Positions 37,901 through 49,475 of a stretch of DNA of 64,000 nucleotides are shown here, one piece after another. The stretch is taken from the NCBI GenBank assembly GCA_965287045.1, contig OZ336873.1:96348001-96412000 (forward strand), in the 5' to 3' direction. Source of the stretch: Carcharhinus amblyrhynchos. Its lineage: Eukaryota. Below the pieces are notes generated by a model. It worked only from the letters and a program-made list of their open reading frames with translations. It did not search any database and was not told where the DNA came from. Made by a program: the position numbers and the translations under genes. The first letter of the stretch is position 1. Each line of letters begins with the position of its first letter.

Positions 37901-38988
37901 GTCTTGCGTAGGCGACCCTCACCCAGGGCGGTATCTGATACTTATGGAATTGCATCATGGCCACCTTGGAATTTCAAAAATGTAAATGTTAACCTGAAGC
38001 TATCTATTATGGCTTGGTCTTGATGCAGGTACTACAGACTTGGTCATATAGTGTAATTTTCACCAAAAGAATCAGAAACTCCCCCCTCAGCATCCCTACA
38101 TTTATGGGAGTGACCTGGTGGTTCCTGGGTCTGAGTGTTTGTGGACTTTGCCAGTCCTTTTATGGATTCTATGTTTTTGATTATGGTGGATGCGCACTGC
38201 AAATGTTTGGAAGTTCATTGCATGAACTACATCACGTCCCATGCTATGCTTGAGAAACTACGACAAAGTTTCTGTACACATGAGATACCTGAAGTCCTGG
38301 TTTCTGACAATATCACTGCTTTTACTAGCACAGAATTTCAGAAGATCATGTCTTCCACTAAAATCAAACACATTAAAATAGGACCCTATCACCCTATGAG
38401 TTGGCTGAAATGATGGCTGAAATAAGGTCAGCATGAAGAAGCAACCCAGTGTCCATAGAAACCAAACTGGCACAATTTTTATTTGACTACAGGACTACCC
38501 ATCACACAACAACAGGAATTGTCTCAGTGAAATTGTTAAAAGGACAGAGCCTTTGGACAAGATTAAGTGTACTGTTCCCAAACCTGGCAGGGAGGGTAGA
38601 GTCCCAACGAGAGAACCAGAAGAAACATTATGATTCTGCAAGAACAGACAGTGCATTCAAAACTAGCAACCAGGTCAATGTGAAGAACTTTGGTGATGGT
38701 CTCGGGTGGGTCCCTAGGATCATAATGGGAAAAACAGACAAGGGCAGAAGGATATTATGAGGATCATCATTAGATCTCCCCATGGGCTTCATAGAGTACG
38801 AGCTCCCCTAATAAACGAGTGGAGGCTTGCCCAATAGGAAAGGAGCAGCGGGAGTGTAAAATCAGTTGTCTCTACTCAGATTAGCAGTCAAAGGACTCCT
38901 GGACTTGTAGCTGCAGAAGCGATGTTTTATTCACTGTGTAAATAAAAGGCGATTGAGACAGAAGACTGGCCTTGGCAAGATAATTACA
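34933..38988 (+). mobile_element. Degenerate Ty3/Gypsy LTR retrotransposon with both LTRs
   Basis: LTRs about 34933-35155 and 38753-38988 share gtgtaaaatcag(c/t)tgtctctactc..gcagtcaaagga. PPT agggcagaagga (38741-38752). Flanks ccact/cccct. gag start MPLFGK; RT/RH ELKSFLGLVNYYRKFI..LTYDAS; integrase VDFA..PEVLVSDN..FLFDYRTT. Confidence 0.93.
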
Positions 38989-39109
38989 CCCCTCTATGCT
39001 GTTGCTACTTCTTTCTGTGTCAGCATCTGGAAAAATGTTTTGCTAGTCATTTATAATGGTATTTTCAAAACCCCCAACTGTATTGCCCCATTCCCAACGA
39101 CATTTCTGC

Positions 39110-39870
39110 AGCTAGTAACATTCACATCACCGAAGTGCCAGGCAGTGACCATCTCCAGCAAGTGAAAATCTGACCATCTCGCCTTGACGTGTAACAACAT
39201 TACCATCACTGAGCGCTACCATAAACATCCTGGGCGTTACCATTGCCCAGAAACTGGATTGGACTTCAAGAGCATGCTAGAGGCTGGGAATTCTGCAGTA
39301 ATAACACACCCCCTGAAACTCCTAAGTCTGTCTACCATTTACAAGTTAGGAGTGTGATACTCTCCACTTATTTGGATGTGTGTGTCATGGAGTTGTTTAT
39401 AGTGCTGAAGGAGGCCCCTCAGCTCATTAACCTATAGTGGCTTCCTGCAGAGCAATCCAGTCAGTCTCACTCCTCCACTCATTTCTCATAGCTGTGCAAG
39501 TTTATTTCCTTCAAGTAACAATTTCCTTTTGAAACCATTGATTGTTTCCACTCCTTCAATAGCACTTTCCAAATCCATAACCTCTACCACTTAGAGGGGC
39601 AGACGCATGTGAACCACATCAGTTGTAAGTTCACCTTCAAGACACAAACAATCTTGACTTGGAGCTATGTCACCCCCATTCCTTCAAAATCTCTGAGTCT
39701 AATGCTGGAACTCCCTTCCTAACAATTTTGTGGATGTAACCTAAACTAGATGGACTGCAGCAATTCAAGGAGGTGGCTCACCACCACCTTCCCAAGGGGA
39801 ATTAGGGATGCGCACTAAATACCTACCTTGCCAGCAATGCTCACTTCCCCTTGAATGAATTAAAAAAACC
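39110..39870 (+). mobile_element. CR1/L2-group LINE 3' end
   Basis: aagtgccaggcagtgaccatctcc...ggactgcagcaattcaaggaggtggctcaccaccacctt..aattagggatg..tgaatgaattaaaaaaa; same family as 43400-44795, 61770 and 63285. Confidence 0.75.
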
Positions 39871-41240
39871 TGTCAATCTGTCTAACCACACCCTCACCTC
39901 CACCTTTGAAGCTCTACTTCCCATTAAAAGCATTGTTTTCATTCTGGTCATTGGTCCTGATGCAACCCTAATCGCTGCTTCCTTTAGTCCAAAGAAAGCA
40001 GGCTTGAACATATATGGCTGTCAAATGGTTTAGCTATTCACATCTGGCTGGACTGCATGAAGCACTATCAGGTCTTGCTCTCATCCCCTAAAGCTGCTGT
40101 CATCCCCAGAACTACTTTCTATTTCAGGATCTTCCTGGAATAGATAGACAATCCCTGGCTTCTTTTCTCTACTGCAAATTGTCTCCTTAAAGCCCTTCCC
40201 TTTCCCCATCATCTTCACTTTCAGCAGTGTGAAGCTCATGGATATATTTTCACTAAGATGGAGATCAACAATTCGGCTGCCGCTTTCCTCCCTTCTCCTA
40301 GCCCATCAGACCAAACTTCCTTTTATTCTTCCCCTATTGCCTAAATTAGCATATTTCTCTAGTTTCTTTCCTATCTCTTCTTGTACCCTCGATAAGCTAT
40401 CTTATCCATGAGAATCACCTTCTGCAACTTCAACCCCATTTCTGTAAATTACTGACCATCCTCTTCCTGGCCCCATATTATCTGATATTGTTAATGGTCT
40501 CCCCTCAGGTACCACCTCTTCTTTAAATATGCCATTATCAACCTTTGCCTCAAAAAACACCCCTTGACCTCTCCATCTTTGGCAACTACCTCTCCAACTT
40601 CAATCTTCCTTTCCTCTCAAAATCCTTAAATGTGTCACCACCTTTCCAATCTGCGCTCATCTTTCTTAGAACTTCAAGCTTGAATCCATCTAATAAGATT
40701 TCCACCCCTGCCACAGCATCAATATGGTTCTTATCAAAGTCCCAAGTTGCATACTCTGGGACTGTGACAAAGATAAACTGTTCTTTCTCAATCTTCTTGA
40801 CCTATACACAGCCTTTTGACTTATCTGGCCACATCGATCTCCTCCAGTGCCTCTCCACCATTAGCTGGTTGGGACTACTCTCATCTGATTCCAGTCTTAC
40901 TCAACCACAGTTTTTATTTTTGTTCCTGCTCCATTAACTCTCTCACAAGGATCTATCCTTGGGTACCTCCTATATTTACGTGCTGCTCTTTAGTGAAATC
41001 ACCTGAAGGCAGGGCATCAATTTCCACATGTATGCTGACAACAACCAGCTGTACCTTATCACCACTTCTTTTAAACTTTCACAATCTCTAAATTGTCAGA
41101 CTACTTATCCAACATTAACTACTAGATGATCAGACATTTGCTCCAACTAAATATCTGGGAAACTGAAGCCATTATCTTTAGTCCCACAACCTCCATCCCT
41201 TAGGCACCAACTTCAACCCTCTCCCTGGAAACAGGCTGAA
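39870..41240 (+). mobile_element. Degenerate L2-clade LINE RT region
   Basis: ORF 40545..40937 LDLSIFGNYLSNFNLPFLSK (cf. LDP..NYRPISNLPFLSK); caaggatctatccttgg (QGSILG); ttccacatgtatgctgacaac (FHMYAD). Confidence 0.85.
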
Positions 41241-41469
41241 CCAGACTAGTTAGTGCAGTGTGTACAAAATAGAACATTCCTCTTCAAAACTTTTGATTGT
41301 ATACAGATAGCATTATTAGAAATTCCAAATTTCTCTCAGAGCCAGTGGATGAGATCCAGTATCAATGCAAACACGAGTCCAGTTGTCCAAAAAGTGAAAA
41401 AAAAAACATTCCTGTCCCTCTCCAGTATATAGATTTTACACTGAAACAATCTCATGTTTACAGCTATGG

Positions 41470-41705
41470 AAGGAGGTCAGTTAGCTCAGTTGACGAGGTG
41501 GCTAGCACATGATTCAAAGTAGTAGTAACAGTGCATTTTAAATCCCTGCTCTGGCTGAAGTAAACTTGGGACCTGCATCCTGTCCTGTCCCTGAGAACGG
41601 AAGGCAATAGCAAACCACCCCACTGAAAAAAATTGCCAAGAAAATAGCTCAGGATGAAGCATCATCAAACAGTGAGCCCCAAGGACCTGTCTTTGGGCAA
41701 AGCAC
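41470..41705 (+). mobile_element. Decayed tRNA-derived SINE (third family)
   Basis: gtcagttagctcagttg A-box-like head and internal aatagcaaaccacccactgaaaaaaattgccaag. A differently decayed tRNA-like head lies at about 4378-4445. Confidence 0.45.
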
Positions 41706-42455
41706 ACACGCCGTACCATATCAGAGCAAATGGATGGAACAAATGTAACCTCTTTTATTAAGTTAGTTGTTCACTTTGCCTTAACTTATCAATGAAGTGC
41801 ATGAATCGTGCCTGTATTCACAGATAAATTAAGCAAAAATATTGATGTCTTTTATGTATTCTCACAACAGTTAAAACGAGCATAAAGTTTGTGTAGAGTT
41901 GTGATGTCAAAACTGAAACTCAAAGTTAAAATGGTAATTAAGGCCCGACTAAAACAGATGCTTTATACCAAATTAAATAATGATCTGAAGCTAATGTATG
42001 GAAAAATATACATTTTACAATAACTTTATAAAAGGGAAAAAAACGAACTCAGATTTTAGTATTTAGTGGCTTTGTTGCCAAAAAACCCATCACCACAGCA
42101 GCAACAACAGAGCTGTTTGACATGATGTGAAGTTGACAAGTTCCCTTTTGAAAAGGGATATGGCCATTTTAAACGAAGTTTAAAGGGGTCAGATCTTGGA
42201 TTTAAAAGGGCAATGCCAATCTTCTCCAGTAATAGTGTTAAATTGGATCCAACTTAGATTTTACCTTTCAATAAGTTTTTTTAATCCACTATTCAATTAA
42301 ATTAAGTGTGAAATGTTCATTTTGTGGTATTATAAGTTACAATTTAGCTGAAATGTTTTAAACGAGAATGAGTATATTGTGCATTTCCCCCAGCATCATA
42401 AATTATTCAGCCTGGCTCTGCCCCGACGTCCCAATTTAGTACTCTGACCCCAATT

Positions 42456-42500
42456 AGACATGCCCGCGCAACATGTTAGTAGCAACAGTGTGACAAGTCT
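42456..42500. promoter_or_regulatory. Candidate p53-family response element (three half-sites)
   Basis: AGACATGCCC (42456-42465, perfect RRRCWWGYYY), 3-bp spacer, CAACATGTTA (42469-42478), then TGACAAGTCT (42491-42500). Lies in non-repeat DNA. Confidence 0.45.
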
Positions 42501-42569
42501 GACTGTGTTAGAAACATAGCAGTGAAACAGTGATGACACTTGGGGGGCCAACAGGGATATAAGTTTCCC

Positions 42570-43320
42570 TCTGTCAATCTCCCGGATGGTGCTGTCTGTG
42601 ATGCTCTTTCTGTATGTGCTTGTGTCTTTTCTCTCTGTTGCACTCCTCCCATTTCTGTCTTCAGTTCTAATTGTCTTTTGCCATTTGTGATTCTTTCTTT
42701 CTCGCAGTATGTGTTCTTTTCTCTTCCTCCCCGTCTGGGTTCCTTTTCCCCTTTCTCCCTGTATGTTGCTCTCTCTCACTCTCCTTCCTTTTAACCATTT
42801 GTTTGCCTTTGATTCTCTTCCCTGTTGTTGTTTTCCTTTGATTCCATTTTTTTGAAACTCTCTTTTCCTTTTTTCTTTTTATGTGACAGCCACTGATCTA
42901 CTGTCCTATTTATCTGATTTTTTCATTCTTTCAAATGGATGTTGGTGTTTTTTGTTTCTCATTCCAACTTTATCTCTTCTTTCATTCTAACTTAATGTTT
43001 GATTTTCTCTTTCGCTCCAATTGTCCCATCTCTCTCTTTGTAACTCCAATTTTTGATATCTTTCAGTGTTTCACTCTTTGACTTTGTTCGACTATATGAG
43101 TTTTCCTTTCTTTGCCTGTCATTTTCCATCATACACGTCTTTTCCTGTCTGTCTCTAAGCTTCTATTTGTCTCTAATCCTCCTTTCCGTCTTTCTTGCAA
43201 AAAATCTTATTCTAATTGGTTGTGATTTTCTGCCTGACTCTTTCACTTTCTAACTCTTTTATTTCAGATGCTCTGTCTCTCAGGCTTGCTATTCTTGCCC
43301 TCTTTTTATTTTTTATTTAC
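42570..43320. repeat. Long pyrimidine-rich low-complexity tract
   Basis: About 750 bp strongly T/C-biased on the + strand, resembling a degenerate (CT/TCTT)n array. Confidence 0.85.
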
Positions 43321-43399
43321 TTCATCAATGTAGAATCAAGAGCTTAACACATTAAAAATGAATCAGCAGTCTCTTGCCAGTAACCAAGCAAATTTATTA

Positions 43400-44795
43400 A
43401 GTGCTAAGCAATGACCATCAGCAACAAGAGGAAATCTAATCATCTCCCCTTGATGTTCAATAGCATTGCCATCAATGAGCCTGTTGCCATCAATATTCAG
43501 GAATTCACCATAGAATTGAACAGTAGAGAATTCTGCAAACCCTATATCAAATGTTGATTAGACCACAACTGGTCACCATATTATAAAAGGATTATAGCAG
43601 CATTGGAGTGGTTACAAAGAAGAGTTAAAAGGAAGCAAGTTATGTATATGAGGACAGAATTGGCAGACCGGGTCCATTCTTACTTGAAAAAGGAAGGTTG
43701 AGGGATGACCTAGTAGAGGTCTTTAAAATTATGAAAGGTCGTGATAGACTGGATACAGAGGAAATGTTTCTTTTTGTGAAGAGGAGCATAACTAGAGGTA
43801 ATAAATACAAGATAGGCACCAAGAAATCCAGTGTGGAATTCAGAAGTAATTTCTTGACCCAAAGAGTAGTGAGAATGTGGAACTCACTATAGAAGCACAG
43901 AATCCCGACAAAGCAGAAGGAGCCATTCAGCCTAATGACTGCACCAACTCTCACAGGGAATGTTTGAAGCGAACAATATAGATATATTTAAGAGGAAACA
44001 CACACATGAAGGAGAAGGGAATAGATCATTATGATTGTAAAGTTAGGTGAGAAAAACTGGGCAGAGTCTCACATGTAGCATAAACACTGCTATGGACTGG
44101 TTGGGCCAAATAGCTTGTTTCTGTGCCTTATATTTGTAATTCATTGAAACTTAATTGGACCAGCCAAGAAATTACTCTAGCTACAAAAGCATGATGGAGG
44201 CTAGGAATTCTGCAGGTGTAATTCATCTCCTGCCTCCTCATAGACTGTCCAGTATTTACAAAACACATGTCAGGAGTGTGATGAAATCCTCTCCACTTGT
44301 CTGGTTGAATGCAACTCCAACACTCAAGAAGCTCAACACCATCCAGGGCAAAGGAGTCTGCTTAATTGGCAACATATGCGCCAACTTAACACATTCACTC
44401 CCTCTCCAACCACCACTGGCACACAATTGTTGCAGCGTACATCATCTCAGGTTGCGGTGCAGCAATTTGCTAAGATTTCTTCAACAGCACCTGTCAAACC
44501 TGCGATTCCACCATCTGAAAGAAAAAGGGCAGCAGATGCCTGGGACCACCGCCACCTGCAAGCTCCCTTCCAAGTCACAAACAATCCTGACCTGGAACTC
44601 TATCGCCATGCCTTTATTGTCATTGGGTAAAAAGCCTAGACCTCCCTCTCAAACTGCACTGTAGGTGTACTTACACCAACACAGGTACTGCAATAATTCA
44701 AGAAGATGGCTTTTCATCATCTTCTCAAGAGCAAGTAGGGATGGACAATAATTGCAGGTCTTGTTAGTGACACCCACATTTCGGGTGAATAAAAA
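43400..44795 (+). mobile_element. CR1/L2-group LINE 3' end with a CR1 copy (about 43520-44140) nested inside
   Basis: Outer: ORF 44155..44664 LSSIYKTHVRSVMKSSPLVW..LKKLNTIQ. Inner: ORF 43698..43892 RDDLVEVFKIMKG..FLTQRVVRMWNSL, itself holding a short reverse tail at about 43888-43953. Confidence 0.85.
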
Positions 44796-45008
44796 GTACC
44801 AATCAGTAAATAACTGAGATGTATAGACGAGGGAAGTCCCAGGTTTTATCCTTTCTGTTACCTTAGTTACCTGGTCTCCATGATACAGGCAGGACAATGT
44901 GCTCCAGTGTTCTGGGTTGCAGAAAATTAAAGATTAACCAGTGAACTCCTGATGAAAGTCCAGGAACCTGTGCAGAAGTATATGTAAATCATCAGATGAG
45001 GGTAACTA

Positions 45009-45253
45009 TCTGTGTAGAGTTTGCACGTTCTCCCTGTCTGCATGGATTTCCACTGGGCATTCCACTTTCCTCCGACAGTCCGAAGATGTGAGGTTAGGTT
45101 GATTGGCCATACTAAATTGCTCCTTAGTACCAGGGAGATTAGCAAAGTAAATGCGTCAAGTTATGGGGATAAAGCCTGGTGGGATTGTTGTCAGTGCAGC
45201 CTCGATGGGCCAAATGGCCTCTTTCTGCACCTTAGGAATTTGATGATACTATG
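45009..45253 (+). mobile_element. HE1-type SINE lacking its head
   Basis: tctgtgtagagtttgcacgttctccc...cctcgatgggccaaatggcctctttctgcac. Confidence 0.88.
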
Positions 45254-45397
45254 AAGATAAGTTGAGCTTTTGAGTGTTCCTTTCCAAGAAGATAATTACA
45301 ATTCATTTTTCTGTATAATTCATTTTTCTCAAGATAAATGTAATCAATAATATTTTACTTTACTGATAAATGAATCAACAGCTACAATAAACTTGAA

Positions 45398-45666
45398 AAA
45401 GTTTAAAGTTTGTTAGTCACAAGTAAGGCTTACATTAACACTGCATGAAGTTACTGTGAGATTCCTCTAGTTGCCACACTCTGGTACCTGTTCAGGTCAA
45501 TGCACCTAACCAGCATGTCTATCAGAACGTGGGAGGAAACTGGAGCAGCCACAGGTTACCCACGCAGACATGGGGAGAATGTACAAATTCCACACAGACA
45601 GTGACCCAAGCCGGGAATCGAATCCAGGTCCCTAACCACTGTGCTACCATGCTGCACATGCCGCCC
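45398..45666 (-). mobile_element. V-SINE, second subfamily
   Basis: aaagtttaaagtttgttagtcacaagtaaggcttacattaacactgc...gccgggaatcgaatcc..ctaaccactgtgctacc. Confidence 0.9.
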
Positions 45667-45827
45667 TTTATTAGAGCCTGCTAGTGAGTAACTGGGTGCC
45701 AATTCTAGATAGAAATTTATGGCTTGCAAATTGAATTCTGCAAAGTATTCAGAGTGTATCTAGCTCTAACCTAGTGTCAGAAATTGGGGACAAGCTTTCA
45801 CATGAAAACATTTCATTTGGAGCTCTG

Positions 45828-46150
45828 GGGCAGCATGGTAGCACAGTGGTTAGCACTGCTGCCTCACAGTGTCAAGGGCCTGGGTTCAATTCCTGGCTTA
45901 GGTCACTGTCTGTGTCGAGTTTGCATGTTCTCCCTGTGTTTGCGTTGGTTTCCTCCGGGTGCTCCAGTTTCCTTCCACAGTTCAAAGATGTGTGGGTTAG
46001 ATTGATCGGCCATGCTAAATTGCCCCTAGTGTTAGGGCAATTAGCAGGGTAAATATGTGGAATTATGGAAATAGGGCCTGGGTGGCATTGTGATTGGTAC
46101 AGACTCAATGGGCTGAATGGCCACCTTCTATACTGAAGGGATTCTATGAT
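45828..46150 (+). mobile_element. HE1-type SINE, full length
   Basis: gggcagcatggtagcacagtggttagcactgctgcctcacag...gggattctatga. Confidence 0.92.
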
Positions 46151-47004
46151 ATTCTACAACGCCACTGTTTTTCTTTTTTATATCTTACCGATCCACCTTT
46201 AACAATTTTCCATTGCAGGCTGTGGATGAAAGACCAGAGATGCAGGCAGTATGTGATTGTGGACCAAATTTGACTCTAAAGCCATGTTTTAGGGACAATA
46301 TTACAGAGTTGTGCTTTCTGGTGGGAACCAGCTGGCAGCTTATGTCATGACATTGTGTGCTGTTTTCCATAATTGTTCTGCCATCCTAGTTAATGCACGT
46401 ACAATCATAGATTTGGGTCTGTAACTATACATGTGAGAACTACTGAAATAGTAACTACTGCAATAATGAAGAATGACAGCAGAATGGCAATTCTAATACA
46501 AAAAATGTAATAACGGCACTCAGCAGTTTTAAAGTAGTGATTCTCAAAAGTACAGTTTTACTTGACAATCACACCCAGAAAAATAAATCATTCTAAAACA
46601 CATTCACCTAGAAACACCTTCAGCTTTGAAACTGCTGTTTCTGTTATACATCGGATCATTGCGAGAAGTGTGCTTTATAGTTCATGTAGAAAGGGTGTTT
46701 CATAATAGTTTTGCATCAACATAATATCTTGAGAAAGTGGGCCAATATAGTAATATGTGTTAGGATACAGGCTGTGGTACATCTGGTGAGTTATATCACA
46801 GTCATTCTTAAATATTCAGCAGTTACAGGTAGTTCGATGTTAAAGGGCATGCTATCATTTACCATACCCCACTAGTCTCTAACCCCAATTATTCTTTCCT
46901 GAATCCTCCAAAAGGTGGTTTTACACCCATTTACTTCTCCCAGTCTTTTCTTAGTACTTCGACCAGCTTTCTTTTTTTTTGGGGGGGGGCTGAATTAATA
47001 TATA

Positions 47005-48720
47005 TTACCGTATCGGTCGACATTGGATTGCAAACTTTGATGGGTGAGTTATAAGTGGGTGGTTCATCGGTGAGTGGCTGCCCATGATGCTAAAACGTTC
47101 ATATTGAACGGATACTAACCGTACTATGAAGAACACCTGGTGGCTCAGTGCCTGTAAATGATCTGCAGAACTAAGTCTAGTGCGACACAAGATGGTGAAT
47201 GTGAGCATGTGAGTGTGCAGGAGTGAAGTTTCAAACGGGGGAGGATATCCATCTCAGGATTTAAAAATGGAGCATTGTTCACATTCTCTGACCAGGCGCT
47301 GATTTTTGGAAAACTTATCTGCAGCTCTGCAGAAGTTGGTATTTGAGCTGTGATTTTTTTTTAAAAAAAGATTGGCCATCCTGAGCTACGATCTGTGGGA
47401 AAGCAATCGAAGACCCCACTGCCCCCACGAACTACCACCCCCTTCCCCTCCCCTTCTAGATTACAATTTTATTGCAGTGAAAATGTCGTGACCGACCAGT
47501 GCATGTAAGATTTTTTTATTGCTGTTTTAGTTACTGCATTACTGTTGTTTTTAATTAATGCTACTTTTAAAATTAATTGATTTTGGTCATTTAACACTTT
47601 ATGGGCCCCACTCGTGATCAAACCATTCCAGTTAAAAATGATTAATGCACGAGGTGGGATTTTTGCAACAAAAAATGCAAACTGCCAGGACTGTACCTCG
47701 GTGGGAGGTCTGCGTTTATATAAAAAAGTGATGACAAAACGTCTATCTGACAGTAAATAGAGGGTCTGGGTGAGAAGGGTCATTGCCCTTTTAAGGGTGG
47801 AGGAGGTTGTTGATACAGATGACGGAAATTGTGTTACAGGGCGGCGGCGTGGCTGCGCAAAGACACTCCGGGGAAATCTCAATTTCTTCACCAATCTCCC
47901 CCAACAAATCCCTTTAGCCGCTCTTTCTCCTCGTCCCCGGGATCGTCAAGCAGCCGGTCAGGAGGAGGAGCGGAGGGGACAGGGAGAGCTTCAGTAATTA
48001 ACAGGCCCCGAAGGTAAGACTGTACCCGGGCTCCGGTGCTGGGGGAGAGATCGGGCTCGCTTTGTTTCTGATGATGGTGATGGCTTGGGGATCGCACGGA
48101 GCGGAGAGAGAGAGATTCGGAAATACATGGAGCGCAGTTGGCCGGGAGCTCAGCACAGGGGGTGTGATCCCCAAGCAGTCTGGGCTCACACACACTCAGA
48201 CAGACAGATCGCGAACTCCGCCTGGCTCTGTCAGTAACACTCGGGCTCTTATCAATGTCCCTGTTCGCCCGCAGAGCCCCCTAATCAGAAGGCAACTGTC
48301 CCAAGTTTGACTGCTCAATTCTAACCCAGCAGTTGCCAAAATTTCCTAATCAAATTGACCAACTTCGGCCTCATTTAAAAACATTGCAGCTTTTTTTTTG
48401 TTTGGAAATATACAGCATATGATAACTTGATAGTTTAGAATAATTTAGTGTAGTGGTGGAGAAATTCTCAGATTAGACAAAAGTTGCGACAGTATAGTTA
48501 GTGTACCCCTCGCACTGTCTCTCTCCCCCTCTCCCCTCCACCCCCTCCGCTTTAAATTTAATTTAGTCCATGCCTTCAGCAAGTGTGAGGGCGAATAACA
48601 CAGCGATCCCGGGCATCGGCCAGATAAACTCCGAATCAATACAGGCAATCTTCAAAAAAAAAGTTGTTGTGAACTGGGCCCGACTCGCGTAAGTGGCAGA
48701 GTGGAATGAATGGATCGGGG
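47005..48720. promoter_or_regulatory. CpG island / promoter of an unidentified host gene
   Basis: Sharp CpG enrichment in repeat-free DNA against a CpG-depleted background. TATATAAA 47717-47724, CArG box CCTTTTAAGG 47787-47796, TGACGGAAAT (CRE half-site + ETS) 47820-47829, GC box 47839-47844, GGGAAATCTC 47871-47880. Confidence 0.8.
47750..48013 (+). other. Probable non-coding first exon (start approximate; ends at a splice donor)
   Basis: AAG|GTAAGA at 48011-48019 is a near-consensus U2 donor within the island. The only upstream ATG (47819) closes at TAG after about 32 codons, before the donor. Confidence 0.65.
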
Positions 48721-49313
48721 ACAAATGAGATCTGATGGGCAGGAACGATGTTATCTCTTTTGCAGGGAGTGTACTGTACAAAGGGCAGGACTGTTCAACC
48801 CACATCGTCATACCCTAAAGAGGAACCTTCCATTTTTGTTTTACTGTACTGGCTCACCAAGGTCACAGGTTGAAGCGTGAGTGAATTGTGACAGGGTAGC
48901 GCAGTGTGTATTGAGTATTCGATGATGAGGGGTTTGCATTGTATGTAGGATATAAGATAGTTGGCAAAACATACTATATTGTATTCAATCCTCTGGCCCT
49001 AGTGACATCATAAATTGTGAGAACCAATTAACAAATTTTAACAGGCACCAAGGATTGAATTAGATTTATAAATTCATCATTGGCTATTATCCCATTAATA
49101 ATAGTATTTAGTAATTTTAATCTGATGTCAAACTTCTGTTCTCAACTTTTCCAAGTGGGCTCACTAAGTGCAATAGATGTAAATATATAAGTGAAAAGGT
49201 GATAAGGCTGATGGCAATACCTGATCTGAGTATACAGTCTCATAGTGAGGAGGTTCCTTAGTATTTCAGAATGTTGTCTGTAAATAAACAATTTAAAACA
49301 TATATAATGGAAA

Positions 49314-49475
49314 AAATGTTGTAGACTAACAGCAGATCTGTGAGCACCTCAACCAGGAAGTTTGGGTAACATATTGAATGGAGAGCTTTTGTCAGAAAAG
49401 TTCTGGCAAAGAGTCTACAGCTGAAACTTTAACCTGTTTTTCCTTCCTCAGGTGCTGTTGGATCTGCTGAACTTT
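49314..49475. mobile_element. Decayed palindromic Penelope-derived element (second family)
   Basis: cagcagatctgtgagcacct pairs with aggtgctgttggatctgctg; centre cttttgtcagaa-aag-ttctggcaaagag; ctggcaaagagtctacagctgaaacttt is an eroded CTGATGA..GAAAC motif. Confidence 0.6.

Noticed and set aside
35621-38760. Domesticated gag/pol gene
   Set aside because: Many stops and frameshifts between two diverged LTRs; a dead Gypsy copy.
42396-42794. Arg/Lys-rich and Ser/Phe-rich ORFs
   Set aside because: Translation artefacts of the low-complexity pyrimidine tract.
45828-45905. tRNA genes (A/B boxes here and at other copies)
   Set aside because: They are SINE heads continuing into V-domain and LINE-derived tails, with no complete cloverleaf.
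47469-47894. 141-aa minus-strand ORF, plus other ORFs across the CpG island
   Set aside because: No recognisable domain, non-ATG start, and it overlaps promoter motifs; long chance ORFs are common in such regions.
42456-48013. Naming the gene (e.g. cdkn1a) from the p53-like site and non-coding exon 1
   Set aside because: No coding sequence in the window; many genes share this layout.
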